A stretch of DNA of 56,065 nt, filler included, from Squatina squatina (GCA_031763465.1; 3 parts of 2 records of this genome joined end to end with filler, not necessarily neighbours in it), one strand, 5' to 3'. Numbered from the whole stretch's first letter, positions 12,361 through 23,689 are shown. Translations and numbers: made by a program. The notes: a model not told the origin generated them from the letters alone.

Positions 12361-12813
12361 TCAGTGTTTTATAGTAATGGTTTTGACCTCTGTGAAAAAC
12401 TCAAATGAGTCTTTGGCCCCTTCCCTGCCAACTCCAGAGGCTTTCATGCCACCAAATGGCAAATTGAGGTCACGAATAAGCCAGCAATTGGTCCATACCA
12501 TTCCGGTATGAAGCTTCTTGGCAACCCGATGTATCCGGCCTACATCTCGTGACCACACGGTAGCAGCCAAACCATACTTCACATTATTTGCTCGCTGGAT
12601 AACCTCTTCTTCATTTTCAAAGGGTACTACACAGGTCACTGGACCAAAGATCTCCTCTTGCATACAGCGTGAGCTGTCCATTACCTCTGTGATTACCGTG
12701 GGCAATAGAAAATAGCCTGTTTTGTTTTTATTGGGAATTTCCAAGGAATCAATTCCTTCGCCACAGAGGATTTTAGCTCCTTCATTCTTGGCTAGATTGA
12801 CATAGCCCTTTAC
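12361..12813 (-). CDS. ALDH8A1: 2-aminomuconic semialdehyde dehydrogenase, last coding exon
   Basis: tag|GTA acceptor; VKGYVNLAKNEGAKILCGEG...EEIFGPV...NNVKYGLAATVWS...PFGGMKASGVGREG...EVKTITIKH*; 453 nt in frame. Confidence 0.96.
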   Translation of the reverse strand, partial: VKGYVNLAKNEGAKILCGEGIDSLEIPNKNKTGYFLLPTVITEVMDSSRCMQEEIFGPVTCVVPFENEEEVIQRANNVKYGLAATVWSRDVGRIHRVAKKLHTGMVWTNCWLIRDLNLPFGGMKASGVGREGAKDSFEFFTEVKTITIKH

Positions 12814-13592
12814 CTATTCAGGAAAACAGTGAATTTTTCATTATTGGCNNNNNNNNNNATCCAGTAAAGCCTACTTGTTAAACTTAATCAATAACAACTT
12901 GCAAGTCTGTAGTGCCTTTGTCACAGTAAAATGCTCCACAGGTGTTTCACAAGTGCAAGAGCAGATGCTGAGTAGTAATAGAACTTTTAGTGGAAGGGAC
13001 TAAAGGCCTGGTCAAATAAATAAGTTTTCAGGAGGCCTCTGAAGGGGAGGAGAGGGTGGACGCGTTTATGGAGAGAGATCCAATGTTTGTAGGGCCAAAA
13101 CGACCGACTGCTCTGCCACTGCAGNNNNNNNNNNNNNNNNNNNNNNNNNNNNNNNNNNNNNNNNNNNNNNNNNNNNNNNNNNNNNNNNNNNNNNNNNNNN
13201 NNNNNNNNNNNNNNNNNNNNNNNNCACTTGGATACACCATTACTGTAATAACCAGGTTACTATTTAAAAATAGCTACATACTCATACTAGATGGACTTAG
13301 ACCTTGCCTCAATACCAACTGAAGCATAATATTTTATTGAAGTCAATATTCAATATTTAATGCTATAAGATTAAATACTTTGCATTAGAATAGACTGAAC
13401 ACCTCCTGAAAAGATACAATAAATATAATAACGTGTATTCTACAAAAATCAATAATCAGGTTAATATCTGGAAACCAATTTAGGGGGCGGGTGGTTGGGG
13501 TTATTCTATTTGCCATTATAATGAAATAACGCTTTTACAATTTTGCATGAGCTGACAGACATACTGTACTGTCTGCACTGGACCAGTCTCAC

Positions 13593-13730
13593 CTCCTCCT
13601 TACCACTGTCTGGCACTCTGCAGTACACATCTCCGGAGGCAGGATCATAGGAATCTAGGTGTCTAGAGCACGGCACAAATTTCCCTCCAATGTAATTCTC
13701 CAGCATTAAATGTGTTCTCTGGTGAGCCAT
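13593..13730 (-). CDS. ALDH8A1: ALDH8A1 first coding exon
   Basis: MAHQRTHLMLENYIGGKFVPCSRHLDSYDPASGDVYCRVPDSGKEE then GAG|gtgaga donor; matches the ALDH8A1 N-terminus (LMLENFIDGKFLPC). An upstream in-frame ATG lies at 13739. Internal exons are missing in gaps. Confidence 0.94.
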
Positions 13731-13839
13731 TTTGGGCATGGTTCCTCGCTGTCTCCACACCAGCTCCCAGCTACAACGCGACACGGCCAGCACCAAAACA
13801 ACTGCCGGCCCCCTTCCCAGGGCTCGGTGCTGCTCAGTC

Positions 13840-13970
13840 CAGCAGAGCGGGTGAGCGATGTCTGCGGCATCCACTCACCGGCCCCAGCCATCAATTCACA
13901 GCCGTCAATCAACCACTGCGCGCACCAATCGGCGGCGCGAGGGGCGGGCTCTGGGCGGCCCGCTCAGGTT
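13840..13970 (-). promoter_or_regulatory. CpG-rich promoter region of ALDH8A1 with CCAAT and GC boxes
   Basis: CpG-dense stretch upstream of exon 1; CCAAT at 13925-13929 and GGGGCGGG at 13941-13948. Confidence 0.55.
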
Positions 13971-14624
13971 GACTCGTTGGCTGCAGGTCCGTTGCTCTCG
14001 TTCCTTTCATTGGGGCCCCTTCCAGGGGAAGGGGATGGCTGGGCTGGACTCAGGGAGAGTTCACTTGTTCAAAGCCTGAACAGCCNNNNNNNNNNNNNNN
14101 NNNNNNNNNNNNNNNNNNNNNNNNNNNNNNNNNNNNNNNNNNNNNNNNNNNNNNNNNNNNNNNNNNNNNNNNNNNNNNNNNNNNNCTTACATGGCTACTT
14201 CGAAGATTGAGAGCTCTTGGTTGGTCAATTCAAGAGTTATAGAAAAGTCTACAGTGCCAGACTAGAACAACAAACTATGAGAATGACTATTCAGGTAGTT
14301 AGAATCAGCACTGTTATCAAAAAGGGACATATGCATCAAAATGAAACTGCTGTACAATGTAAAGGAATCCTAAACCTCTTGCAGCTAAAATTAATACTTT
14401 GGGCAGTTTGAAAAATTAGGCAATTGCACAATCCAGCTGAAAACATAATTGAAACAATAAATGACAAACATGTGAAGTAACGCATTGCTTTAACCATATT
14501 TTATTTAGTACCAGCTTTAATTACTTGCACCTTGATAAATATTTTTGGAACACTTTCCACTAATGTGAAAGTGGATAGTTGGAGTATTATATCTGATCAC
14601 CTGATGTACTGGAAATCATTTTTT

Positions 14625-14946
14625 TGGGAGCGTGGTCCCTTTAAAATACCGGGCATGCGCAGTTTGTCCTATTTAAAAGCCGGCTGTGTGGGAGCTGCAG
14701 AGGTCATCCGCAGCCGCGCATCTTAAAGGGAATATTGGTGCCAGCTTGGCAGAGGACAAGGTCACACACTAGTTCTTCTGCAGAGGAGTCAGATGAGGAT
14801 TTTGATGGGCCAAGCTACAGAAGTAGGCTAATGGATGTACACAGCCAAATGCTTGGTACACTGGATAACCTGCCAGAAAGCCTGCGCTCAGTATCAAGGA
14901 GCATGGAGGAGACCAGCACCAACTTGGCATAGGGCTTTATGCGTAG
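14625..14946 (+). mobile_element. Repeat-derived fragment, probably the accessory ORF of a Harbinger element
   Basis: RSHTSSSAEESDEDFDGPSYRSRLMDVHSQMLGTLDNLPESLRSVSRSMEETS resembles repetitive shark proteins I recall as associated with Harbinger elements; no splice context. Confidence 0.4.
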
Positions 14947-15464
14947 NNNNNNNNNNNNNNNNNNNNNNNNNNNNNNNNNNNNNNNNNNNNNNNNNNNNNN
15001 NNNNNNNNNNNNNNNNNNNNNNNNNNNNNNNNNNNNNNNNNNNNNNTGTTGGCCACTAAATGTGTAGTTTAGCTGGGTCACTCATCATTCACCCAACAAA
15101 TTGTTCCTTTTTTGATGGATGTTATGCCTCATTGTGCAGAGCACTGATAAAAATCACAAGAACTAATTGTGCAGAGCTGCAGAGATTCTTCTCAGGTACA
15201 GTGCAACTTTGCTTATGGAGGTATTACTGGTATTATGAGTCAATAAATTGAGAAGACAATTCTGTCAGTTGCTTTCTTGAACACAATAGTGTAAAGGACA
15301 AAGTCACTTTCGTCGAAGTTCCATTTTGGGTTATTATAAATTGCACTCTGTTTTGCCGACCACAGTTGCTACATCCTTCAAAATTGTGAGACGTTGCCAA
15401 GTTGACCTGTGTTTCTTAATTAGGATCGAAGAAAGGTCCAAAATTATGAAGTCCCTCTCTACAA

Positions 15465-15476
15465 TCATTCTTTGAT
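15465..15476 (-). CDS. HBS1L: HBS1-like protein, terminal coding exon (IKE*)
   Basis: Strong acceptor ttttttcttttattacag|ATC AAA GAA TGA; HBS1L ends ...VVTEIKE and lies directly upstream of ALDH8A1 on the same strand in vertebrates. Confidence 0.65.
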   Translation of the reverse strand: MKE

Positions 15477-15970
15477 CTGTAATAAAAGAAAAAAATAGTA
15501 TTATTATTAGGTTGCTGAAGTACACAGCAAATGAGAATTTATTTCACGGTAATTAATGTCAAAGCACTTCACTTTAAATTTCTCACATAACAACAGAAAG
15601 AGTGCATTCTTTTTGGCAGAATAACAACATTTTCAATTTGGTGAACTGTTAAATCACACTGATAACAAGCTGGCAATAAAGCTGGGAAGACATTTCCATT
15701 TTGATTTTTTTTTAAATGCACAGAAAAGGACTGGCACAGAACAATGACTCCTTTTCAATTTATAAAACTGAATCAAATAAAAACATTTGANNNNNNNNNN
15801 TGAGAAAATATTTATATACTGTATGTACTTTTGAGCTTTAAAACAAATAAATAAATGGCTGCCCACGATGGGATGAAATCTTGGCTTCTGGCACCCACTG
15901 TCCAGAGGCAAACATGAAGAACAACCACTTAGGTAATGTGCCACAAGGCTGTTGAAGCTCAAGAAGCAGT

Positions 15971-16556
15971 GGGCCTGAAATTGCTATCCTCCCGGGTGGG
16001 AACGATGCTCCCACGCACCCGGGGAGACATCGCAAATGCTGGTTCTCAGGCTGATAAGCGTAAGCCCGCAGAACCGGCATTTGCGATCTGTCAAGATTCT
16101 TCTTGACAGATCCAACACTTAGGCTGCGTAACGGATTCCCATCGCTGAGATTTTTGCAAATCTTGCACTGGGAATCTGTTAAAGGTTTTTACGCATGGTA
16201 AAATCTGGCGTATCTGCTTGTTTTATCAGCGTAAGTGTTGTTAAAAAATTTTAAATCAAAAAACTTAATGGGACATTACTTTAAAACCATTCCTAGTAAG
16301 GCAAGTATGTTTTTAAACATTTTAACTGAGTTTTTTTTCAAATTTCAAAAAAAAAATGTTGTCTTATTTATCTCCTTTTTATTAAATTTTAATGTTAGAA
16401 TAGTTTAAAAAATGTTTTGGGATGTATTTGTGCTGTTTTTCATCTTTCATTGAAGTTTTGACAGATCACTCAGAACTGTCAAAAGTTCAATGAAAGATAC
16501 ACCTACCTGATTGTTTGGGGCCTCCCATGTGACCTCTCCGCTCGACGTGCCCGGGA
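15971..16556 (+). mobile_element. DNA transposon/MITE 5' portion
   Basis: First 58 nt are near-identical to 54231-54288 (gggcctgaaattgc...cccgggtgggaa...cccacgcacccggggagac). Confidence 0.65.
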
Positions 16557-16656
16557 NNNNNNNNNNNNNNNNNNNNNNNNNNNNNNNNNNNNNNNNNNNN
16601 TTAATTAATTAANNNNNNNNNNNNNNNNNNNNNNNNNNNNNNNNNNNNNNNNNNNN
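16557..16656. other. Artificial scaffold linker N44-TTAATTAATTAA-N44
   Basis: Six-frame stop linker at 16601-16612 embedded in Ns; identical at 39831-39842. Confidence 0.97.
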
Positions 16657-16967
16657 GACTAGTAATACTCTTCAGTTAAGAGCAGCACCAACGGATATCG
16701 GATTAGATGCAGACTCTTCAAGCCCTTAATGCAAGGTGCTGTGCACATCAACATCATCGTACCCCCTGCAACATGCAGACAGTATCCCAAGGGCAAAATG
16801 TAGGTTGTAATGATTCCTTAAAGGGCACACTTCAATTCAGACAGACCATGGGACAGTGGACTGATAGAGTAACGCGACACTCACAACCCCTCCCTCCAGG
16901 TTTCAATATGCTTTAAACAGCTAGTCATGAAACTCTGAATTGGCAACCTGTGAAGCCTAACATTTAC

Positions 16968-17134
16968 CTATCGTAGTCCCGAGGGTACAGGCGCCTGCCA
17001 CTGCGAATGAGTTCGTCCCAGTACAGGAGCTCCTTGTAAGCCTGCCTCTTGTCCCACACTGGCAGTGGTGGTGACGTCAACTTTAGTTTTCTCTTACCAC
17101 CTTGAGAGTTCTTTGAGCCACCACGAACCATAGC
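16968..17134 (-). CDS. ILF3: Probable 5' coding exon of ILF3 (N-terminal extension type seen in fishes)
   Basis: ttactttcag|GCT ATG...GAT AG|gtaaat; MVRGGSKNSQGGKRKLKLTSPPLPVWDKRQAYKELLYWDELIRSGRRLYPRDYDR resembles fish ILF3 N-termini as I recall them (QAYEELLYWD.LI..GHRL.P.D.DR); lies just downstream of SLC44A2 on the same strand, as ILF3 does in human. Confidence 0.65.
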
Positions 17135-17893
17135 CTGAAAGTAAATGTTTATCCTTTCAAACAAGGAAAGCATTCCACCAACTGTAGAATTATTACTGCA
17201 CTGCAATGTAGGCTCACTTTAATACAGCCACACGGCAACAGGACGCAATAGATACGCAGGTTTTAGAATANNNNNNNNNNNNNNNNNNNNNNNNNNNNNN
17301 NNNNNNNNNNNNNNNNNNNNNNNNNNNNNNNNNNNNNNNNNNNNNNNNNNNNNNNNNNNNNNNNNNNNNNGAGACTACGGACATCTTATTGTCAATTGTA
17401 GCAAACCAGGCTAAGCAGAGCACTAAAGCCAGACCGTGCGCCAAAACTTAGCTGAAAATACAGCTCTGGTGTTTATTAATGCCATTTGAATCTGTATAAC
17501 CGTATTGTTAATAATACCTTTGAATTTATCCCTGTGTGATAATGGGAGCAGGAGGGGTGAAGCAGGGCTCTGCCAGGCACAACCACAGGCAGGTGGAATT
17601 CTCTCTTTTTTATTTACAAAATACGTCTCTCAGGTGATAACTTAATTTTATCTCAAACCATAACCCTTTTTTTGGCACAGTAGGGTGCAGCTGGAGACAG
17701 CTGTAATGCAGACAAAGCTCTCACAAAGTGGATCCCAGCAGTTGCTGAGAGCACGCAAAGGCTGGAGCTTTAACGTGCTCTGTATGTTCAGACAGTCTGG
17801 CTCCGTGCACTGTTAGTGGCAGGGTCGATCCAGTGAGATTCCATGTTCTTTAGGTACAGGCTTGTCCTGAGCTGCAGGCTGCACTCAACAGAC

Positions 17894-17985
17894 TCATTCA
17901 TTTTTCTTATTCAGGATATTCAGGAGTGCCTTGGACATGAAATAGGGTTTCTCATTCGAGCCATCGTTCCTCTCCAGGTCTTCCA
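17894..17985 (-). CDS. SLC44A2: Choline transporter-like protein 2, distal alternative terminal exon
   Basis: catgcag|TG GAA GAC CTG...; (L)EDLERNDGSNEKPYFMSKALLNILNKKNE*, the CTL-family C-terminal motif. Confidence 0.9.
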
Positions 17986-18964
17986 CTGCATGAACAGCAA
18001 TATCATCCACATTTATAAACAAGAATCTAACAAATCCCAGTGTGGTTAGAATCTAGAAACTGTGTGCAGTATCAGTACACAAACACCTACTACAGCCAGC
18101 CCTGTCCTGCCACAAAGCAGCCTCTCAAAACGGTGGTTCTTCATTGGAGGGGCCCTGGGTGGTGGTCAGAAAAGCAAATCTTTACCAGCTAAAGGTTGAT
18201 CGAATAAAGACAGATTGTTTCCAGTGAAAGTGTCAGACTGCAAAGGAATTTAAGTGTAGAAATGACTGAGTGATATTAGTAATTGAATGCCTAACATGTT
18301 TATATTGCATCGCTTTATGTGTAGAAGTTACAGCTTCCATTAAACTAGCACAGTGATGTCAAATGAAAGAAACCACCCCCGCCGTCCTCCACGCCCCCAG
18401 CTCTCCGTGGTGCCAAACCCTAGCAGCCTCACCGTATTGCTGCCAGACTCCTGGACCCCTACTGCAGTGCTGGCTAAGCCAAGGAGCCACCTCCAGTTGT
18501 ACAAAAATCCAGGGTCATCTGTACTACTACTGAGGCACCCCAGTGCAGATAAAGCCTACTATTGGTCTGCAGTACCGCTACCTCCATCTGGTACATCTTA
18601 CATGCTATCTTGCTGTCTATTCTCAGTATTAAGACTGATAAGGAATGAAAATTATATACATACAGAGGGAAATATAAATAAAGGCCACTCACTTACNNNN
18701 NNNNNNNNNNNNNNNNNNNNNNNNNNNNNNNNNNNNNNNNNNNNNNNNNNNNNNNNNNNNNNNNNNNNNNNNNNNNNNNNNNNNNNNNNNNNNNNNCTGC
18801 CAGAAACATCCCCAGCTTCACACTGTTATTACCAACAAGGGGAATTTTGCAGAGGCACAACAAGGGTTGATAGTTTAGTTACAGGATCCCTGCAGGGGTG
18901 TCTCGCTAACGGGGTTCATCAATGGTTTAATAAAAGTGACTGTGCCTCGTTCAGAAGCTCTTCG

Positions 18965-19089
18965 TCACTCTTCCTGCAACTGTGGCGTGGGAGGAGAGTC
19001 GGGTTCCGTTTTGTACAGAATGTCGCGAAGCTCCGGCGACGTGTAGTACGGTCTCTCTGGAGAGCCATCATTCCGCTCCAGATCTTCAC
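18965..19089 (-). CDS. SLC44A2: Choline transporter-like protein 2, proximal alternative terminal exon
   Basis: ccag|GT GAA GAT CTG...; (C)EDLERNDGSPERPYYTSPELRDILYKTEPDSPPTPQLQEE*; same splice phase as the distal exon. Confidence 0.88.
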
Positions 19090-19474
19090 CTGGTTTCCCG
19101 GCAGCGAGACAGCAGCAGAGGAAAGGCAGAAGAATCCAAACATCCCCGTGCAGAAGTGACGAACGGAGGGAGGGAGACAAGGCAAGAGATGAAAGAGAGA
19201 GTAAAAGAGAAAGAAGCAGGTAATAATCAGAGTCAGTAAAAGGAAATGATATAGCATAAATATACAGACAGAGCTCAGACTCTCAGCCAGTAATTAGCAA
19301 TTAGAGATCAGGAGAAACAGAGACAGCTGGAAATACAAGTCCGCCAGTATCTGCAGAGAGGCTGGCAAAGGGTCNNNNNNNNNNNNNNNNNNNNNNNNNN
19401 NNNNNNNNNNNNNNNNNNNNNNNNNNNNNNNNNNNNNNNNNNNNNNNNNNNNNNNNNNNNNNNNNNNNNNNNNN

Positions 19475-19720
19475 AAATCAGGTTTTGGGTATTAAAGGAT
19501 ATGGAGCAAAGGCGGGTAAATAGTATTGAGTTACAGATCAGACATCATTTGACTGAATGGCAAAGCAGGCTGGAAGGGCTGAATGGCCTCCCCTGTTCCT
19601 GTGTAGCAGCCTCGAGGGGCTGAATGGCCTCCCCTGTTCCTGTATAGCAGCCTCGAGAGGCTGAATGGCCTCCCCTGTTCCTGTGTCACAGAATGGAATG
19701 GGCTGAATGGCCTCCCCTTG
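19475..19720 (+). repeat. CR1 3' end with a 41-bp terminal unit tandemly repeated (3 full copies plus 1 partial)
   Basis: Units gcag(g/c)ct.gag.ggctgaatggcctcccctgttcctgt start at 19565, 19606 and 19647. Confidence 0.8.
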
Positions 19721-20622
19721 TCACTATGTTCCTAAACTCTTACCTGAGTGCTCGTCCCAATGAAGCAAACACAGGGCAAGCTGGCATGTCGGCTGGTTTA
19801 TTAAAGGCCCAGTAGTAGGAGGCGAACGCTCCAGCCAGTGTAACCTGCCCCAGAGCGATGACAAAGTTGATGAGCCAGAAGAAGAGGAAGACGTTGTAGA
19901 ATTGGAACAGGATGAGGTATCGATGATAATAGGACTCTCCTCCATAGAACGCAAACAGACACTGTGCATCTGGGCACTGCTTTGTGATGTTGGAAATATT
20001 GAATGTCTACAAGGAGAGAGACTGCAGGTTATTATCTTGGTCCACAGAAATATCCACTGTATAAACCGTAACAAAACATGCAGGGCTCCTGAAACTGTAG
20101 TGGGGATGTCCCACACTCTCCTTACACTGCTCGGATTGGCATTCGCCCACACTCGATCTGCACTGCATTTGCTGAAGCTTCCGCAGCCTGAGTCACGGCT
20201 GGGAGTGACAATGGTGTGAGTGCAGTTATGGTATCAGTGCTAACTGTTCCCTCTTTAGGGTGCTGGCACAAGCTGGGAGCCAGTACCTTGCTGAATGGCC
20301 ACTGGCAGGGTGTGAGCTGAGTCCGTGGCAGAGCCTGTTTCAGTGCTCCCCTAGTGCCACACTCGAACACACTGCATACTGATCAGAAGCAATCAAGTCG
20401 ATTCTTCCCTCACCAGTCCAGAAGTGCTGAGCCCAACTTACATCCTCAACTACTTCACGACCAGGGAGCAAATCTGGCACCTGGTTGGTGTGTGTGGTTC
20501 AATGCCATAACAGGAAGGGGCANNNNNNNNNNNNNNNNNNNNNNNNNNNNNNNNNNNNNNNNNNNNNNNNNNNNNNNNNNNNNNNNNNNNNNNNNNNNNN
20601 NNNNNNNNNNNNNNNNNNNNNN

Positions 20623-21130
20623 AGGGAGGGAATTTCAGAGCTCATGGCCCAGCCAGCTGAAGGCACGACCACCAATGGTGGAGCGAAGAAAATCAGGGAT
20701 GCGCAAGAAGCCAGAATTGGAGGAGTGCAGAGATTTCAGCAGATTTCGGGACTGGAGAACGTTACAGGGATGGAGAGGAGCGAGGCCGTAGAGGGATTTG
20801 AAAACAAGAATGAGAATTTTAAAAATTGAGGCGATGCCAGACCGGGGGCTAATGTAAGTCTGCGAGCACAGGGGCGACGCGAGTTCGTGGCTAGGGAATG
20901 GAGATTGTGGTGGGGACTGAAGACAATGACCGGTCTTCCCAATAGTTAATTGGAGAAAATTTCTGCTCATCCAATACTCGGTGTCAGACAAGCAGCGAGA
21001 CAAATGAGGGCAGTGGAGGGGTCGAGAAAGGTGGCTGTGAGGTACAGCTGGATGATATCAGCATACATATGGAACCCGATGTTGTGTTTTCAGATGTCGT
21101 CGGCGGGCAGCATGTAGATGAGAAATAGGA
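20623..21130 (-). mobile_element. L2 LINE RT fragment (degenerate)
   Basis: FHMYADIIQLYL, CLSDTEYWMSRNFLQLTIGKT, FKILILVFKSLYGLAP and STIGGRAFS are L2 ORF2 motifs; frameshifted. Confidence 0.85.
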
Positions 21131-21229
21131 GGGAGTCTTCTGGGGACTCCAGAAATAATGGTGTGGTAACAATAGGAGCAAAACTTGTCCCACCTTACAG
21201 GCACAGGTGGGAATTAATTAAACACTTAC

Positions 21230-21313
21230 ATCAAAATCCAGCACCAAGATTTGGTGTAATCTTCAAATATCTTCATTGCCACCTCTCTGGCTTCAAGAAC
21301 GTAATTTGCTCCC
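21230..21313 (-). CDS. SLC44A2: SLC44A2 internal exon
   Basis: ttttccgttctacag|G...TTG AT|gtaagt; GANYVLEAREVAMKIFEDYTKSWCWIL matches CTL2 ANGVLEARQLAMRIFEDYTVSWYWI. Confidence 0.92.
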
Positions 21314-22019
21314 CTGTAGAACGGAAAAAGGTAGTTCATACCTGAGTTAAAACTCACACTATAACTTTGTGAATCTTGGGAAGGAGGATTGCAGATCATT
21401 GTGGGGGGAGGCGGAGATATCCAGAGGAGATGGTCAATAGGAGTGGGGCCTCTGCCTAGCCCACGAACACCAAAGCTATTTGTAGCTTGCTATTCCGCTG
21501 AGATCTCTTAGCTCACCACAGATGGAACGGGGTGGGGGGCGAGTGGGGGCGACTCTCCAGGTCTGCTGGGTCAGGTACTCACTGGATAAACACATTGCCA
21601 CTTGGTCTGTTGAACTAAAGCCGGTTCAACGGTTGGAACCTTAAACAGGTCAATGTTGCCATTACTGTGTAACCCTTTGTCGGGCCTGTACATGAGGGGG
21701 TCTGGGTAGCACAGTGGGGTGGACGTTGGCCCGGTTCAGTTCCAACCTAGGTTGAAGACATGAAAACCTTCTCTTTCTGTCTGTCTCTGCTGGCTGTAAG
21801 CGTTTGGGGCAGTTTCAATCCCGTTATTAATGTGCAGTGCCAGTAAGGCAGGTCACAGGACGGTTGGTGTGTGAAATGGAAAAGTATCACACTGAGGCAG
21901 AAGAGGTGCTGTGAGGTTGTGACTGAGGAACATTGTTGGGCAGTGTGGAGGGAGCTGTGCTCTCTACCTAACTCATGCAGTAGAAGAATGAATGTTGGCA
22001 AACGTAGTAGTTAATCTGC

Positions 22020-22328
22020 ACGAACAGCAAGGAGATGAATGACCAGATAATCTGTTTTAGCTGTTGGTTGGGAGATGAATGTTGGCCAAGACACCGGGGG
22101 ATCTCGCTGCTTCTCTTTGAATAGTGCCTTGGGATCCTTTCTGTCTACCTGAGAGGGCTGACAAGGCCTCACTTTACAGTTGAAAGGCGGTACACCTCTG
22201 GTAATTCAACACTTCTTCAGTCTTGCACTGAATTTTCAGCCTAGATTGTGTGCTTGAACCTTGGAGTAGGTTTTGAACCCACGACTTTCCGACTCAGAAT
22301 GGGGAAAGAGTGCTACCACTGAGCTAAG
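22020..22328 (-). mobile_element. Deu-domain SINE (SacSINE1/AmnSINE1-like)
   Basis: Reverse complement has a tRNA-like head with B box (gggttcaaaacc) and a Deu-like core ...ctctcaggtagacagaaaggatcccaaggcactattcaaagagaagcag...ggtgtcttggccaacatt...cagattatctggtcatt. Confidence 0.7.
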
Positions 22329-23689
22329 CTGATACTTGCCTTACCTGAAAGTACACAGGTAGCTTTCCTGTATCTAAACCTGACCTGGGAGTGCTCAATA
22401 CTGGCAATGGTAAGAGTACCAAGGTGGGAAAGTGTTCCCGTCTCCAGCACCAACAGCCCCTCAATGAGCATAAATCTCACACCACANNNNNNNNNNNNNN
22501 NNNNNNNNNNNNNNNNNNNNNNNNNNNNNNNNNNNNNNNNNNNNNNNNNNNNNNNNNNNNNNNNNNNNNNNNNNNNNNNNNNNNNNGGGCTTTCCAAATG
22601 GTTGGGTTAAAACGGAAATTGCAATTAAGGGATTTGCAAATAGATACAACTGTAGCTTAAAAATACATTTGTGAGATCCAAACAGTCCTCTAAGATCGCG
22701 CCATTTTGAAGGTTGGTGACTCATGGTAAACAGTCTAGGAGATTTAGATCATACTTCATAGCATCCATGTTTAGCACACACAAAAATGTAGCAAATGGCA
22801 GCTTAACGTATTGTTGTCAGTACTACCCCTTAATAATTAGCTTTTTTGTCTTTTATTCATCACTGGGTGGGAGTTATGCTACAGAGCTGACAAAGGAACC
22901 ATACTGCTATAAGTAGTAAATGTCTACAAACATTAACATACACACTGCGGTTACAGACCTATCTTTTACAAAGTCCTCTATCTTCTCTTTGTGCCTTCTT
23001 CATATATCAACTTTTCAGATGCTCCGTACTTCTTTACTCTTTATCACCATCTCTTTTTAATTTATCCTATTGTCATCTATGTCTCCCCTTAACTTATCAT
23101 TGTTTGTCTAAGTACACATCATCATGCTATTGCATGTTATCCTTCCTCCCACACCTGCAGTGGCTCGTGCTTTTTCATATTTCAGCTCGCTTTTCTCTCA
23201 GTCTCATTTGATTTAAGCCTTCAGAACGGAAACATTTCTGCTAGATTTTCTAGAACACCCATCGCCACAACTACTCATTGAATAAACTCAATGAACTATT
23301 AGGGAGTGTAACTCACCTCGTATTAATCAACTGTAAAAGAAATAAAACATAGCTACTACATTGCAATGCTACAGAGAAAACAACTGTGTACAGAGACGGG
23401 CTGAAGGTGGAGAACTCATTCGGAGAGGGGACCAAGCTAATTCTTCCCTCCCTAGTCAGATGATGTTGAAATGAACTGAATTGTTCCCCTCCTCTTGCTC
23501 TGTTTGAGATCAGATAAAAACATGGATTGAACTTAGTATCATCTGTATGGCTTCAGTGTCTAGCTGAAAGGTGCATTTACCTTATGAGCCCTTGGGCAGT
23601 ACTCAATCTGGTTCACAGTAGACAGAAGTCTGCAGAATAAACTGTCTTTAACTTGTGGCTTAATTGAGAAATTCCACAATGATGCTCAC

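Noticed and set aside
15334-15525. 63-aa minus ORF
   Set aside because: Better explained as intron plus the HBS1L IKE* exon and 3' UTR in another frame
16601-16612. TTAATTAATTAA palindrome as a regulatory or recombination site
   Set aside because: Embedded symmetrically in Ns and repeated identically; an assembly linker
18353-19257. Plus-strand 268-aa and 85-aa ORFs and the 112-aa minus ORF
   Set aside because: Shadow frames over the SLC44A2 terminal exon and UTR, one crossing a gap
22921-23400. Strand-biased segment suggesting another retroviral relic
   Set aside because: No sustained frame or motif could be read
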